This document shows positions 18,424-27,454 of a stretch of 32,542 bases of DNA, one piece after another. The position numbers and the translations under genes were made by a program. The stretch lies in contig JAOUQA010000001.1 of assembly GCA_029879605.1 (NCBI GenBank), forward strand, positions 1-32,542, written 5' to 3'. How positions within the stretch are numbered: the first letter of the stretch is position 1; each line of letters begins with the position of its first letter. Source of the stretch: Gammaproteobacteria bacterium. Lineage in GTDB: Bacteria > Pseudomonadota > Gammaproteobacteria > SZUA-229. Below the pieces are notes generated by a model. It worked only from the letters and a program-made list of their open reading frames with translations, searched no databases and had not been told where the DNA came from.

Positions 18424-20604
18424 TTAATCAGCTTCGTTGAGTGCTTTCTCTAAGGGTTTAAGCTGGGATGTATAGTGCTTCCATTTTTCTATAGAGCTAG
18501 TATAAATAGGTTTATTAACCTGGTCATAACTGGCTGTTCTTACAACACGATCAGACTCGTAATAACGTAGACACTGCTCATTCCATTCTAGCCCGCAATA
18601 CTCAATCATTTTGCGTGATACTGCTTCAGTATTAGCCACCAGATCTTCGTACACAACCTCAAGGAAGGGGATATTGTCGACATCTCGATAATGATGCATC
18701 AGGTGCTTGTAGGCTGAGTAATACCTGCCAAGGTTTTCAAGATTGTAGGCGTAGTCGTGATGGCCTGCGAATTCCTGGAAATAGATCGACAAACAAGTAT
18801 CCATAGGATTACGTACGCAGTGAATGATACGGGCATCTGGAAATAGCATCCTGATAAAAATAATATGCTGGAAATTCTGTGGCATTTTATCAGTCAAAAT
18901 ACTGATACCTGCGGGCAAACTGTTGGTAAACTCTTCGTATGCAGACAATGTTTGATTAATATGATCGGCAGTTACACGCGCCAGGCATTCAGGATAAGTG
19001 CCACCTATGCCGTCCATAGAAGGAAGGCGTCTTATAATAGAAGGTATCTCGTTACGCTCATCGCCAGCAAGTGCCTGTGGGTGGCTTGAAATAATCTGTT
19101 CTACCAGACTGGTGCCTGAGCGTGGCATACCTACGATGAAAACAGGTCGTATACGCGCTGTTGTGTTAATTTCGCGTGGTTGTTTAGCCAGTGATGTTAT
19201 TTCCGAACTAGCTAGTTGATTAAATAGTTCGATGGTCTTAGCGTGATCGTAACTACAGCGTTTCAGTTCATTGGCTTTCTGTATAGTGTCAAATGCAGAC
19301 TGGTAGTTATGCAGGCGATCATGCAGTCTGCCAAGGGTAAATAATAGATCTCGACGGTATGAAACGCTCAAATCCGCTCTTTCCAGTGCTTCATTGATGC
19401 TGGCTATAGCATTTTCACATTCATTATATTTATGGCACTGGCGTCCAAATACATTTGCGAGCGTTGCCGGCACTTTGCCATCTTGCATTGATGATTTTAC
19501 TATCTGGTAGGCATCATCGTGTTTACCCAGCCTCTCCAGTAGGCTTGCTTTTGTTCCGAGTATTTTCGAATCATCGGGCATGCTCAAAGATAGAATCTCA
19601 AGTTCTTTCAAGGCCTCTTCATGTCGCGATGCGCTGGCAAGTGATGTGACCTTAAACAGGCGGGCAACTTTGTTATCGGGATCAAGATCCAGAGCCCTGT
19701 TACAGCAATCTACTGCCTGGTTTGGCATACCATATTCACAATATAACCGAGCCAGTTCTCCGAGGGCTTCCAAAGGTTCGCTACTTTTATCAACAGCCTG
19801 TTTCAAATAGGTGATGGCCTGTATGTAATCGCCCTGACGTTCCAGGATATCTGCAATATGAAGGTAGGAAAAGACAAAATTGGGATACTTATTGATGATG
19901 CTCATTAATAGCTTATAGGCTTCATCATCCCTGCCTAATTTAATCAGGCAGTATGCATAAGTATCTACAGCGCGATAGTTATCAACTGCCTCTGTCACCA
20001 GTGGCTGCAAGGCTGACAGGGCAGCATCAGATTGGTCCTGGGCAGACATTGATTTGGCCATGCCAACAATGGCTTCCTGATTGGAGGTATTCAGCTCACA
20101 GGCTTTTTTGTAACACGCTTCAGCTTCCTGATATTTGGCTAGTGCATATTTGGCATTGCCTAGATTAACTAAGGCATCTACATTGGTTGGCACTATTGAT
20201 ATGGCTTTTTGGCCCCAGTGCTCAGCCTCATCGAAACGTTTTAACTGGCCTGCGAGACCGGTAATAAACAACAGGGCCTCATCATATTCATCATCACGCT
20301 CGACGGCTTTCAGAACGCTTTCATAGGCTGCTTCGATCTGTCCTGTTCGGTGTAGCAGGTGAGCCCTGGTTAAATAGGCCTCAACATAAGTTTCATCCAG
20401 CTCGATGGCCTTATCCGCGCACTTAAGGGCTTCATCTGTTTCACCTGCCTCACCTTTCAGGGCGGCCAGGGTCAACCAGTGTTCTTCATTGTTGCTATCC
20501 ATATGGCAGAGCCTTGCATAAAGGTCTTTGGCCTTATCCAGTTGGTTGTTGATCAGGCAAGCCTGGGCTTGCTCAGCAAGATTTACAATCGAACTATCGT
20601 TCAT
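18424..20604 (-). CDS. TPR-repeat protein with C-terminal PAPS-dependent sulfotransferase domain (paralog A)
   Basis: ORF 18424..20631. The likely start is ATG 20604 (MNDSS...), with GGAG 9 nt upstream. The N-terminal ~480 aa are TPR repeats. The C-terminal domain has the 5'-PSB loop RPVFIVGMPRSGTSLVEQIISSHP, the 3'-PB region ARIIHCVRNPMDTCLSIYFQ and the tail RTASYDQVNKPIYTSSIEKWKHY. Confidence 0.85.
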   Translation of the reverse strand: MNDSSIVNLAEQAQACLINNQLDKAKDLYARLCHMDSNNEEHWLTLAALKGEAGETDEALKCADKAIELDETYVEAYLTRAHLLHRTGQIEAAYESVLKAVERDDEYDEALLFITGLAGQLKRFDEAEHWGQKAISIVPTNVDALVNLGNAKYALAKYQEAEACYKKACELNTSNQEAIVGMAKSMSAQDQSDAALSALQPLVTEAVDNYRAVDTYAYCLIKLGRDDEAYKLLMSIINKYPNFVFSYLHIADILERQGDYIQAITYLKQAVDKSSEPLEALGELARLYCEYGMPNQAVDCCNRALDLDPDNKVARLFKVTSLASASRHEEALKELEILSLSMPDDSKILGTKASLLERLGKHDDAYQIVKSSMQDGKVPATLANVFGRQCHKYNECENAIASINEALERADLSVSYRRDLLFTLGRLHDRLHNYQSAFDTIQKANELKRCSYDHAKTIELFNQLASSEITSLAKQPREINTTARIRPVFIVGMPRSGTSLVEQIISSHPQALAGDERNEIPSIIRRLPSMDGIGGTYPECLARVTADHINQTLSAYEEFTNSLPAGISILTDKMPQNFQHIIFIRMLFPDARIIHCVRNPMDTCLSIYFQEFAGHHDYAYNLENLGRYYSAYKHLMHHYRDVDNIPFLEVVYEDLVANTEAVSRKMIEYCGLEWNEQCLRYYESDRVVRTASYDQVNKPIYTSSIEKWKHYTSQLKPLEKALNEAD

Positions 20605-21158
20605 ACTCAAGACTCCGAACCGCACTGACAAGATACTATATAAGCGGTGCGCATAATGTTAATTTTGAGGCTGGATATTAATACACGGCAGTGCTGCCAC
20701 TATGGATGGTGCGCATTATGCTGTTTCTACGTACTAAAGCCATTATAATTTTTGGCGTATATTACCACGTTTGGCGGCAAAAAATTTGTCTTCAGGCCTC
20801 CTGAACGTCGGTTTTTAAGACAAACACAGACAGTTTAAGCCGATTTTGGTCCATTAAATAATGATTGGCTCCCCTGAAAATGCAGAATAATCTACTGATA
20901 ATCAGGGTGGGGCGGGTATTATCTGCAGTGGGCACAGGCAAAGTTTTTGAGGGTTCGGAATTCTTTCCATTTCTCAAATTAACCATATAAAAGCCGTATG
21001 TATAAGTAAAACATATATAAAACAAATAGATATAAGTTATAATTTATTTAATTTATTAAGTAATGATGTGTCGATTTTATTTACATAGTGTGGGATTGGC
21101 GCTGATCTAAATTCAAAATGAAATGGTAACTGCTTGATATCAGTTGGGGAATATTAAT

Positions 21159-21174
21159 TGGCATACGATTTGCT
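21159..21174 (+). promoter_or_regulatory. Sigma-54 (RpoN) promoter, -24/-12 elements TGGCAT-N7-TTGCT
   Basis: TGGCATACGATTTGCT matches the TGGCAC-N5-TTGCW consensus with the exact GG-N10-GC spacing (GG 21160-21161, GC 21172-21173). It lies about 78 bp upstream of the PEP-CTERM gene start. A sigma-54 activator (prsR) is encoded in the same locus. Confidence 0.7.
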
Positions 21175-21189
21175 TGTATAAGCACTGAC

Positions 21190-21201
21190 ATATGATCATA
21201 T
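21190..21201. promoter_or_regulatory. Perfect 12-bp palindrome ATATGATCATAT just downstream of the sigma-54 promoter (candidate operator; contains GATC)
   Basis: It is directly readable: ATATGA followed by its reverse complement TCATAT. It sits about 17-28 bp after the -12 element, at the predicted start of the 5' UTR. Any function is inferred only. Confidence 0.3.
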
Positions 21202-21251
21202 CTAAAAATGTCGACAAAAATTATTAATAGTTATTTCGAGGTAATCAAAAA

Positions 21252-21812
21252 ATGAAAAGATCGTTACTAGCAACAGCCGTTGCTTTATCACTGGGTGTAA
21301 GTGCAACCGCTGATGCGGGTACTGCCGGTTTAACTGGCGTATGGACAGGTACTTACAGCTTCGCAATGTTCTCACCAGGTTTTGCCCCAGTAGGTGCTCC
21401 AACAGCTCCACAGGCTTGGTCATGGGATTTCGGTGCTGGCACAATCACAATTGCTAACACCACTACATTCTACGCTTCTGTATGGACAGCTCACAATGTA
21501 ACCTTCGTTGACAATGGTGATGGTACTTACGGTAACCCAACTCCAGGTGTTACTCCTAACATGCTGTTCGACTGGAGTGTTAACTTGAACATTCCTGTTG
21601 ATGCAACTTGGGATGTTACAGACAACGGTAACGGCACTCTGACTGTTGCTTCTGTTTCTACAACCATCATGCCTTCTTCAGCTGCATTCCCAGGCTTCCA
21701 CCCAACCTTTACAGGTACTCTGGGTTCTGCAGTGCCAGTTCCAGCTGCCGTTTGGTTGATGGGTTCTGGTCTGATCGGTCTGGTTGGTGTTGCTCGCCGC
21801 CGTCGCAGCTAA
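21252..21812 (+). CDS. PEP-CTERM sorting-domain protein (exosortase A cargo), secreted, Thr/Gly-rich
   Basis: It has a signal peptide MKRSLLATAVALSLGVSATADA. The C-terminal PEP-CTERM tripartite signal lies at 21732-21809: the VPVP motif, the hydrophobic helix AAVWLMGSGLIGLVGVA and the basic tail RRRRS. GAGG lies 10 nt upstream of the ATG. Codon choice is strongly biased (GGT, ACT, GCT, TTC, TAC, AAC, CGC). Confidence 0.9.
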   Translation: MKRSLLATAVALSLGVSATADAGTAGLTGVWTGTYSFAMFSPGFAPVGAPTAPQAWSWDFGAGTITIANTTTFYASVWTAHNVTFVDNGDGTYGNPTPGVTPNMLFDWSVNLNIPVDATWDVTDNGNGTLTVASVSTTIMPSSAAFPGFHPTFTGTLGSAVPVPAAVWLMGSGLIGLVGVARRRRS

Positions 21813-21860
21813 TAACTTCGTTATTGGTTGTATCCGGGGGTAACTTCGGAAAGACAGAAA

Positions 21861-21893
21861 GGCCTCGTCGCAAGACGGGGCCTTTTGTTTTCT
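21861..21893 (+). terminator. Rho-independent terminator after the PEP-CTERM gene
   Basis: The stem GGCCTCGTC (21861-21869) pairs with GACGGGGCC (21874-21882) across a GCAA loop, giving 9 pairs including one G-U. The run TTTTGTTTTCT follows. An upstream A-run (AGAAA) would allow bidirectional function. Confidence 0.8.
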
Positions 21894-21988
21894 ATCGGTC
21901 ATATTTTGTTAAACTGTTTGCCCTCTGGGGCTTATCGGTAATATTGTCTGCCTCGTCATAGCCAACAGATAACCGTCGAGATTTTATT

Positions 21989-23872
21989 TTGGACCTTTCT
22001 AGATTACAAAAAGCGGAAGTATTGCTCGGAAAGGGCAAGTTGAAAGAAGCCGAGGCCCTGCTGGTTAAATTTGTCAAACAGTATGGGCAGGCGCAAAATG
22101 CCTGGTTGATGCTGGCCTCCATATATGGCCAAACCGGGCGCTACGACCAGGTTGCGATGGCCTGTAACAAGGTTATTGCGCTCAATCCCAATCATCCCAT
22201 GGCGCGTTCATTGCTCGGTAGTGCCTGCATTTTTTTAAACAGGCCGGATGAGGCTATCGAGCACCTTCAGGTTGCGCAGCAACTGATTCCCAATAATCCC
22301 GGTATTATGAATAACCTGGCCAATGTTTACTTTGTCCTGGAGAAAGTGGCAGAGGCAGAGCACTGGTTCACAGCAACGCTCAATATTGATGCGAGCCATG
22401 CCCAGGCTAATTTTGGTATGGGTAACTGCTGTCTGGCAAAAAGCCTGTGGGGTGAGGCCGTGCAGTATTACTTGAAGGCTTATGACGCCATGTCAGATAG
22501 CTATGACATCAACATGAGCCTGGGTAAGGCTTATGTCAATCTTGCCCGTCTTGATGAGTCGATGGAGTGCCTGAGCAGGGCGGCCAAACTCACTGAGCAG
22601 CCATCTGATGCCTACCACGGTCTCGCGCATGTGGCCTTGCTCAATGGTAATCTTGATATGGCCCTGGCGTATATCGAACAATCGCTGAAGCATCAGCCAG
22701 ATAATATAGGTGCATTAGCAGAGCAGGCTGAAATCCAGTACAGGTTGGGTAATATTGAGCTGGCGCATGAGCAGATTCGTCGCCTTGTTGACAGTGGTAG
22801 TGCAGTGTCGAGTGTTGTCCTGACCTGGTCTAACCTGAGCCGGCATTTTGATGAATGCGATGAAGTTAAAAAGCATGCTCACTTACTGCTCGATGCGGGC
22901 ACTATCGGTAAATCTGAGCAGATTTCACTGCATTACAAACTGGGCAAACTTTACGATATGGATGCTGATTTTGATAAGGCGTTTTATCATTACCAACAGG
23001 CTAACCAGATTATACAGAACAACTTTGACCGCGACTTTCATGCCGCCATGATCACTAGCCTGATAGAAAATTTTGACAGGGATAAGATTGAGGGTTTATC
23101 GCACACCAGCTGCACAGATGAACGCCCTGTCTTTATCATAGGTATGCCCCGTTCTGGCACCAGCCTTGTTGAGCAGATCCTGTCTAGTCATCCGGATGTT
23201 TATGGCGCGGGTGAGCTAAATGACATTAAGGAGCTGGCCTGTCAGGCGCTCGCTGATACCGTTGTCGACGATGAATCTAATCGCTTTATAAATATAAAAA
23301 AGGAAAAACTGGAAGAGCTGGCAGAGGCCTATTTATCTCGAATCTCGGAAATGGCGGGCTCGGCAATACGGGTGACGGATAAAATGCCGGCCAATTTTTT
23401 ATGGCTTGGCTTAATCAAGCAGCTTTTTCCCAGGGCGCGAATCATACACTGTCGGCGTGATCCAAGAGATAGCTGCCTGTCTATCTTTTTTCAGGAGTTT
23501 AGTCGTGGTGGGCATGAATACGCCAACGATCTGGCCGATGTCGCTTTTTATTATCGTGAATACCAGAGATTGATGTCGCACTGGCAACAGGTTCTGGATT
23601 TGCCGATACTGGATGTGAACTATTCAGATCTGGTTCTGGATTTTGAAGGCTGCGTCAGAAATATCATTAAGTTTCTTGATCTGGGCTGGGATGATGCCTG
23701 TCTTAAATTCCACAAGTCTGATAGAGCTATTGCTACCGCCAGTTGGGACCAGGTGCGACAACGTGTCTACACAAAATCACTTGATCGTTGGAAAAATTAC
23801 AGTGAGCACATTACGCCCTTGCTTGATGTATTTGGCAACGATGACCTGCCGAAAAAATTTCAGCCAACATAG
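21989..23872 (+). CDS. TPR-repeat protein with C-terminal sulfotransferase domain (paralog B)
   Basis: TPR repeats begin at the first residues, so the TTG start at 21989 is needed to keep the first repeat. The sulfotransferase motifs are RPVFIIGMPRSGTSLVEQILSSHPDVYGAGEL, ARIIHCRRDPRDSCLSIFFQ and ATASWDQVRQRVYTKSLDRWKNY. Confidence 0.85.
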   Translation: MDLSRLQKAEVLLGKGKLKEAEALLVKFVKQYGQAQNAWLMLASIYGQTGRYDQVAMACNKVIALNPNHPMARSLLGSACIFLNRPDEAIEHLQVAQQLIPNNPGIMNNLANVYFVLEKVAEAEHWFTATLNIDASHAQANFGMGNCCLAKSLWGEAVQYYLKAYDAMSDSYDINMSLGKAYVNLARLDESMECLSRAAKLTEQPSDAYHGLAHVALLNGNLDMALAYIEQSLKHQPDNIGALAEQAEIQYRLGNIELAHEQIRRLVDSGSAVSSVVLTWSNLSRHFDECDEVKKHAHLLLDAGTIGKSEQISLHYKLGKLYDMDADFDKAFYHYQQANQIIQNNFDRDFHAAMITSLIENFDRDKIEGLSHTSCTDERPVFIIGMPRSGTSLVEQILSSHPDVYGAGELNDIKELACQALADTVVDDESNRFINIKKEKLEELAEAYLSRISEMAGSAIRVTDKMPANFLWLGLIKQLFPRARIIHCRRDPRDSCLSIFFQEFSRGGHEYANDLADVAFYYREYQRLMSHWQQVLDLPILDVNYSDLVLDFEGCVRNIIKFLDLGWDDACLKFHKSDRAIATASWDQVRQRVYTKSLDRWKNYSEHITPLLDVFGNDDLPKKFQPT

Positions 23873-23935
23873 ATTAAAATTTTATAATCCTGATTTTCCT
23901 TACCTTGTTATTACGCGCTGAGATTTTACCTGCTT

Positions 23936-25798
23936 ATGTCTAATTCAAAATCAAGTATGCATCCAAAATTGGCAAAGGTGCAGCTATTGATACAGTCAGG
24001 AAAATACGCTGACGCTCTTATACTGCTCGATAAGGTTAGCAAAAAAGACCAGAAGAATGCAGATGTATGGTTTATGCAGGGTGCCATACTGGGTAATGTC
24101 GGTAGATTTGAGGAAGCGGTGCAATGTCTGCAGAAGGCCATCATGTTCAGGCCGGGACATGCGCTCAGTTATTTCAACCTTGGCAATGTTCTGAGCAGTC
24201 AGGGTAAGTTTATAGATGCAGCGGCAATGTTTTCAAAGTCCTTGTCGCTGGGTATGAAAAATCCTGAATTGCTACGTGCACTGGGTCGTGCAGAAGTTAA
24301 CAGTGGTCGACCGAAGCAGGCTATTAGCGTGTATCAGGAGTATCTTAAACTGGTGCCTGATAATTTGGATGTTCTGGGTAATCTTGCTGCCTGTTATTTT
24401 CATGCTGGCGATCTCAATGAAGCGGTAGAGGCCTATAAGCGTGTACTTGGTATTTCCAGGGATGCGAGATACCTGAATGGTTTAGGTGCTGCGCTGTGTC
24501 AGCAGGGTTTGTTCGAAGAGGCTATTGCAGTGCAGCGCGAGGCTGTGCAAATGCAGCCGGATAATATCATTGCTTACTCAAATCTTCTGCTAAGTTTGAA
24601 TTACCTGCCGGATATTTCGGCCAGGACATTGTTTGAAGAGCATCAGGCATGGGCGCAAAGTTGCCGTATTAATAAAGTCGATTTGATTGCGAGATCAAAG
24701 CAGCCTGATCGTCGTTTACGAATAGGTTATGTCTCGCCAGACTTTCGTATGCATTCGGTGGCCTATTTTTTTGCACCACTACTGCAGCATCATAATGCGG
24801 AGCATGTAGAGACGTGGTGTTATGCAGCATCACCACGTGTAGATGAAATCACCCGGCGTCTACAGGCTATGGCCGACCACTGGTGTGATATAAGTGGTCT
24901 GGACAATGCCAGTGCGATCGAGCAGATTCAATCGGATAAAATTGATATCCTGGTTGATCTTGCTGGTCATACCGCAGGTAATCGAATAACAATCTTTGCC
25001 GCCAGGCCCGCGCCGATACAACTGACATGGTTAGGTTATCCAGCGACAACGGGGCTGTCGGAAATTGATTATCGGGTTACCGATGTTATTGCAGATCCGC
25101 AGGGACAGGATGAATTTTATAGCGAAAAGCTCTACCGTTTACCTGGTTGTTTCCTGTGCTATGAGCCGTATAACAATAGTCCTGATGTAGCGCTACCGCC
25201 AATCATTGAAAAAGGTTTTGTTACTTTTGGTAGCTTTAATAACCTGGCAAAAATTAATCTGGATGTAGTTGCGGTATGGGCGAGATTGTTGCACGCAGTA
25301 CCGGGTTCTCATTTGCTGATAAAAAATCCTTCTCTGACAGACCATGCAACAGCAGAGCGTTATCTAAATTTATTTAAGCAGCATGGCGTTACAGAAGACC
25401 GTGTTGAATTACTGGGTCTTGCGCCTACAACTGAAGAGCATCTGAAAACCTATAATCGAATCGATATTGCGCTTGATACTTTTCCATACAATGGGACGAC
25501 AACAAGCTGCGAAGCATTATACATGGGAGTGCCTGTAGTTACGCTAACAGGCCATACTCATGCCGGTCGTGTTAGTACCAGCTTATTATCGTCACTTGGT
25601 CTGCGTGATCTTGCTGCGACGACTGCAGATGAATATATTGATATTGCTGCAAGCCTGGCAGCGGACCAGGTTCGGTTATCCGAGCTGCGCTTGACGCTAC
25701 GGCGACGTATGTCTGAATCACCGCTAAGTGATGGTAAAACTTTTGCGCACAAAATAGAGCAGGCCTACCGTGCAATATGGCAGTCATATTGCTCGTAG
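23936..25798 (+). CDS. TPR-repeat protein with C-terminal GT41 (O-GlcNAc transferase / SPINDLY-like) glycosyltransferase domain
   Basis: The N-terminal ~230 aa are TPRs. The C-terminal hallmarks of bacterial OGT/SPY-family proteins are present: LRIGYVSPDFRMHSVAYFFAPLLQHHN, DILVDLAGHTAGNRITIFAARPAPIQLTWLGYPATTG, FGSFNNLAKIN and IALDTFPYNGTTTSCEALYMGVPVVTL. Confidence 0.85.
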   Translation: MSNSKSSMHPKLAKVQLLIQSGKYADALILLDKVSKKDQKNADVWFMQGAILGNVGRFEEAVQCLQKAIMFRPGHALSYFNLGNVLSSQGKFIDAAAMFSKSLSLGMKNPELLRALGRAEVNSGRPKQAISVYQEYLKLVPDNLDVLGNLAACYFHAGDLNEAVEAYKRVLGISRDARYLNGLGAALCQQGLFEEAIAVQREAVQMQPDNIIAYSNLLLSLNYLPDISARTLFEEHQAWAQSCRINKVDLIARSKQPDRRLRIGYVSPDFRMHSVAYFFAPLLQHHNAEHVETWCYAASPRVDEITRRLQAMADHWCDISGLDNASAIEQIQSDKIDILVDLAGHTAGNRITIFAARPAPIQLTWLGYPATTGLSEIDYRVTDVIADPQGQDEFYSEKLYRLPGCFLCYEPYNNSPDVALPPIIEKGFVTFGSFNNLAKINLDVVAVWARLLHAVPGSHLLIKNPSLTDHATAERYLNLFKQHGVTEDRVELLGLAPTTEEHLKTYNRIDIALDTFPYNGTTTSCEALYMGVPVVTLTGHTHAGRVSTSLLSSLGLRDLAATTADEYIDIAASLAADQVRLSELRLTLRRRMSESPLSDGKTFAHKIEQAYRAIWQSYCS

Positions 25799-25828
25799 AG
25801 GATTGTCCTCAGTGACTTGCCTGTCGTG

Positions 25829-27454
25829 CTAGTAATGAAAAGCCTTAATGTATGGTTCGAGTATCGGCAGAACTGATTTTATCTGGGTTTTATAATTGCG
25901 CCATCTGCCCATGGACTTTGAATAGATCGGGGAGGTGATGGCGCTGTAACTGGGTGTTCTTACGTCACGCTTACTAGCATGTTCAAAGTAGTTTAGAACG
26001 GTGTCGTCCCATTCTTCATCGGTAAACTCGACAAGTTTGCGTGCTTCAGTTTCTAAATCATCGACCATATCTTCATAACGTACTTCCAGGAATTCCAGGC
26101 CAAGAACGGATTGATAATGTGCCAGTAAATCCATGGTCGCAGCATAAAATTTTGAGCTCTGCTTAAGTGAGAGAAAATTAACCATTGACTGATTTAGCTG
26201 AAATGGTTGCATGAAACAGCTAAGACAACAGTCGCGTGGGTCACGTAAAACGACAATGATACGTGCATCGGGGAATAGCCTGTAAACCATGCCCAGGTCA
26301 ATAATGTTAAGAGGTAGTTTATCCAGTAGTCTTTTGCCTTCTTCGGGTTTTCCTATCATGGCATCGACCAGTGTCCAGTAACGTGCCCTTAGTGTTTTCA
26401 GTTCATCGTCACACAACTTATTAAGATCTTCTGGATAGCGAAAAGGGCGGTTCAGTAGCATGGGTAATTCGCTGATCAGACGACTCAACACAGGCTGTTC
26501 ATCACTGGGAACAATTGAATCGAGGGAGGCCAGCACCTGTTCTGTCAGTGTTGTACCTGAGCGCGGGAAGCCGACCAGGAATATCGGTGATGGTTCATCA
26601 TTATCCTGAACTTCATTGTCCCAGCCTTCTGTTCTGGCAGGGGTAAACCAGTGCATGTGCCTGTTAATCTGGTGAATAACATTTCCTTGCTCCGCCTGTT
26701 CGGGTGAAATTGTATCTGCCAGGGTCTTATTGCCAGTATCAAACGATTCATATGCCGCTGTATAGTCGCCCATTCGATCTAACACATCACCCAGCTCGGC
26801 TGCCAATGTTGCAATCTGCAGAGGGGGGAGGCTCTTATTTAATTCAGTCATAAGACGGAGACGGGCATGTTCAAGATTGCCTGCACGCTTATCCAGTTTT
26901 GCTATTATCAGGTTGGCACGTACATGGCCGGGGCTTATATTAAGTGCCTTTTCTGCCTCAGAGCGAGCGTCTTCCAGTTGATTGCTATGCTCAAGTGCAA
27001 CAGCCAGTTGGCAATAAATATTGGCATCAGCGGGTGCATATTTTAGTGCTATGTGACAGGCGTCGATCGTTTCCAGAAACTTACCTGAAGCGAGTAGTGC
27101 TATTACCAGGCTTCGATGGGCATCGATATGGTTTTCCCGTAGATCAATGGCATGCTGTAAATTTTTGATAGCGAGATCTGTCCAGCCCCTGTTGAGCCAG
27201 ATTCTACCTAAGTGATAGTGAGCATCAGCTGAGTCAGGATTAACAGCAATGGCCCTTTCTAGGCAAACTATTGCAGATTCAACCTGGCCAAGTTGCAGCA
27301 TGCATAAGCCCTGCATCAGCCATGCTTCATCATCCTGGGGATTTATTTTGGTTATTTTCTGGAAAGCGGCGCCAGATTTTTGATATTCCTGGCTAGAAAA
27401 AAACTGGTATGCGGTGACTTTATCCGCGTTGTCGGGTGGTTTCATATTGTTCAT
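25829..27454 (-). CDS. TPR-repeat protein with C-terminal sulfotransferase domain (paralog C, the most divergent)
   Basis: ORF 25829..27511, with probable starts at ATG 27454 (MNNMKPP) or 27445. TPRs occupy the N-terminal ~290 aa. The sulfotransferase motifs are SPIFLVGFPRSGTTLTEQVLAS, ARIIVVLRDPRDCCLSCFMQ and RTPSYSAITSPIYSKSMGRWRNY. Confidence 0.8.
   Translation of the reverse strand: MNNMKPPDNADKVTAYQFFSSQEYQKSGAAFQKITKINPQDDEAWLMQGLCMLQLGQVESAIVCLERAIAVNPDSADAHYHLGRIWLNRGWTDLAIKNLQHAIDLRENHIDAHRSLVIALLASGKFLETIDACHIALKYAPADANIYCQLAVALEHSNQLEDARSEAEKALNISPGHVRANLIIAKLDKRAGNLEHARLRLMTELNKSLPPLQIATLAAELGDVLDRMGDYTAAYESFDTGNKTLADTISPEQAEQGNVIHQINRHMHWFTPARTEGWDNEVQDNDEPSPIFLVGFPRSGTTLTEQVLASLDSIVPSDEQPVLSRLISELPMLLNRPFRYPEDLNKLCDDELKTLRARYWTLVDAMIGKPEEGKRLLDKLPLNIIDLGMVYRLFPDARIIVVLRDPRDCCLSCFMQPFQLNQSMVNFLSLKQSSKFYAATMDLLAHYQSVLGLEFLEVRYEDMVDDLETEARKLVEFTDEEWDDTVLNYFEHASKRDVRTPSYSAITSPIYSKSMGRWRNYKTQIKSVLPILEPYIKAFHY

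Noticed and set aside
20656-20748. Small Cys-rich ORF MLILRLDINTRQCCHYGWCALCCFYVLKPL (30 aa) in the long intergenic region
   Set aside because: No Shine-Dalgarno sequence precedes the ATG. The Cys codons arise from the GC-rich repeat and hairpin elements (GGCAGTGCTGCC, GGTGCGCAT). A 30-codon ORF in 620 bp is expected by chance. It would only be worth revisiting if it is conserved in related genomes.
20952-20965. tRNA T-loop-like string GGTTCGGAATTC
   Set aside because: The flanking bases do not form a T-stem (only G-U and weak pairs). No acceptor, D or anticodon arms can be drawn, so it is not a tRNA or a convincing tRNA remnant.
20792-21444. Minus-strand ORFs 20792-21025 (77 aa) and 21202-21444 (80 aa)
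   Set aside because: The first lies in an AT-rich regulatory gap and has no RBS or motif. The second overlaps the sigma-54 promoter and the 5' end of the well-supported PEP-CTERM gene.
25798-25810. Hairpin GAGGA-TTG-TCCTC between the convergent GT41 and sulfotransferase C genes, as a possible bidirectional terminator
   Set aside because: It has only a 5-bp stem and a 3-nt loop, overlaps the TAG stop codon and has no flanking T- or A-runs. That is too weak to call.
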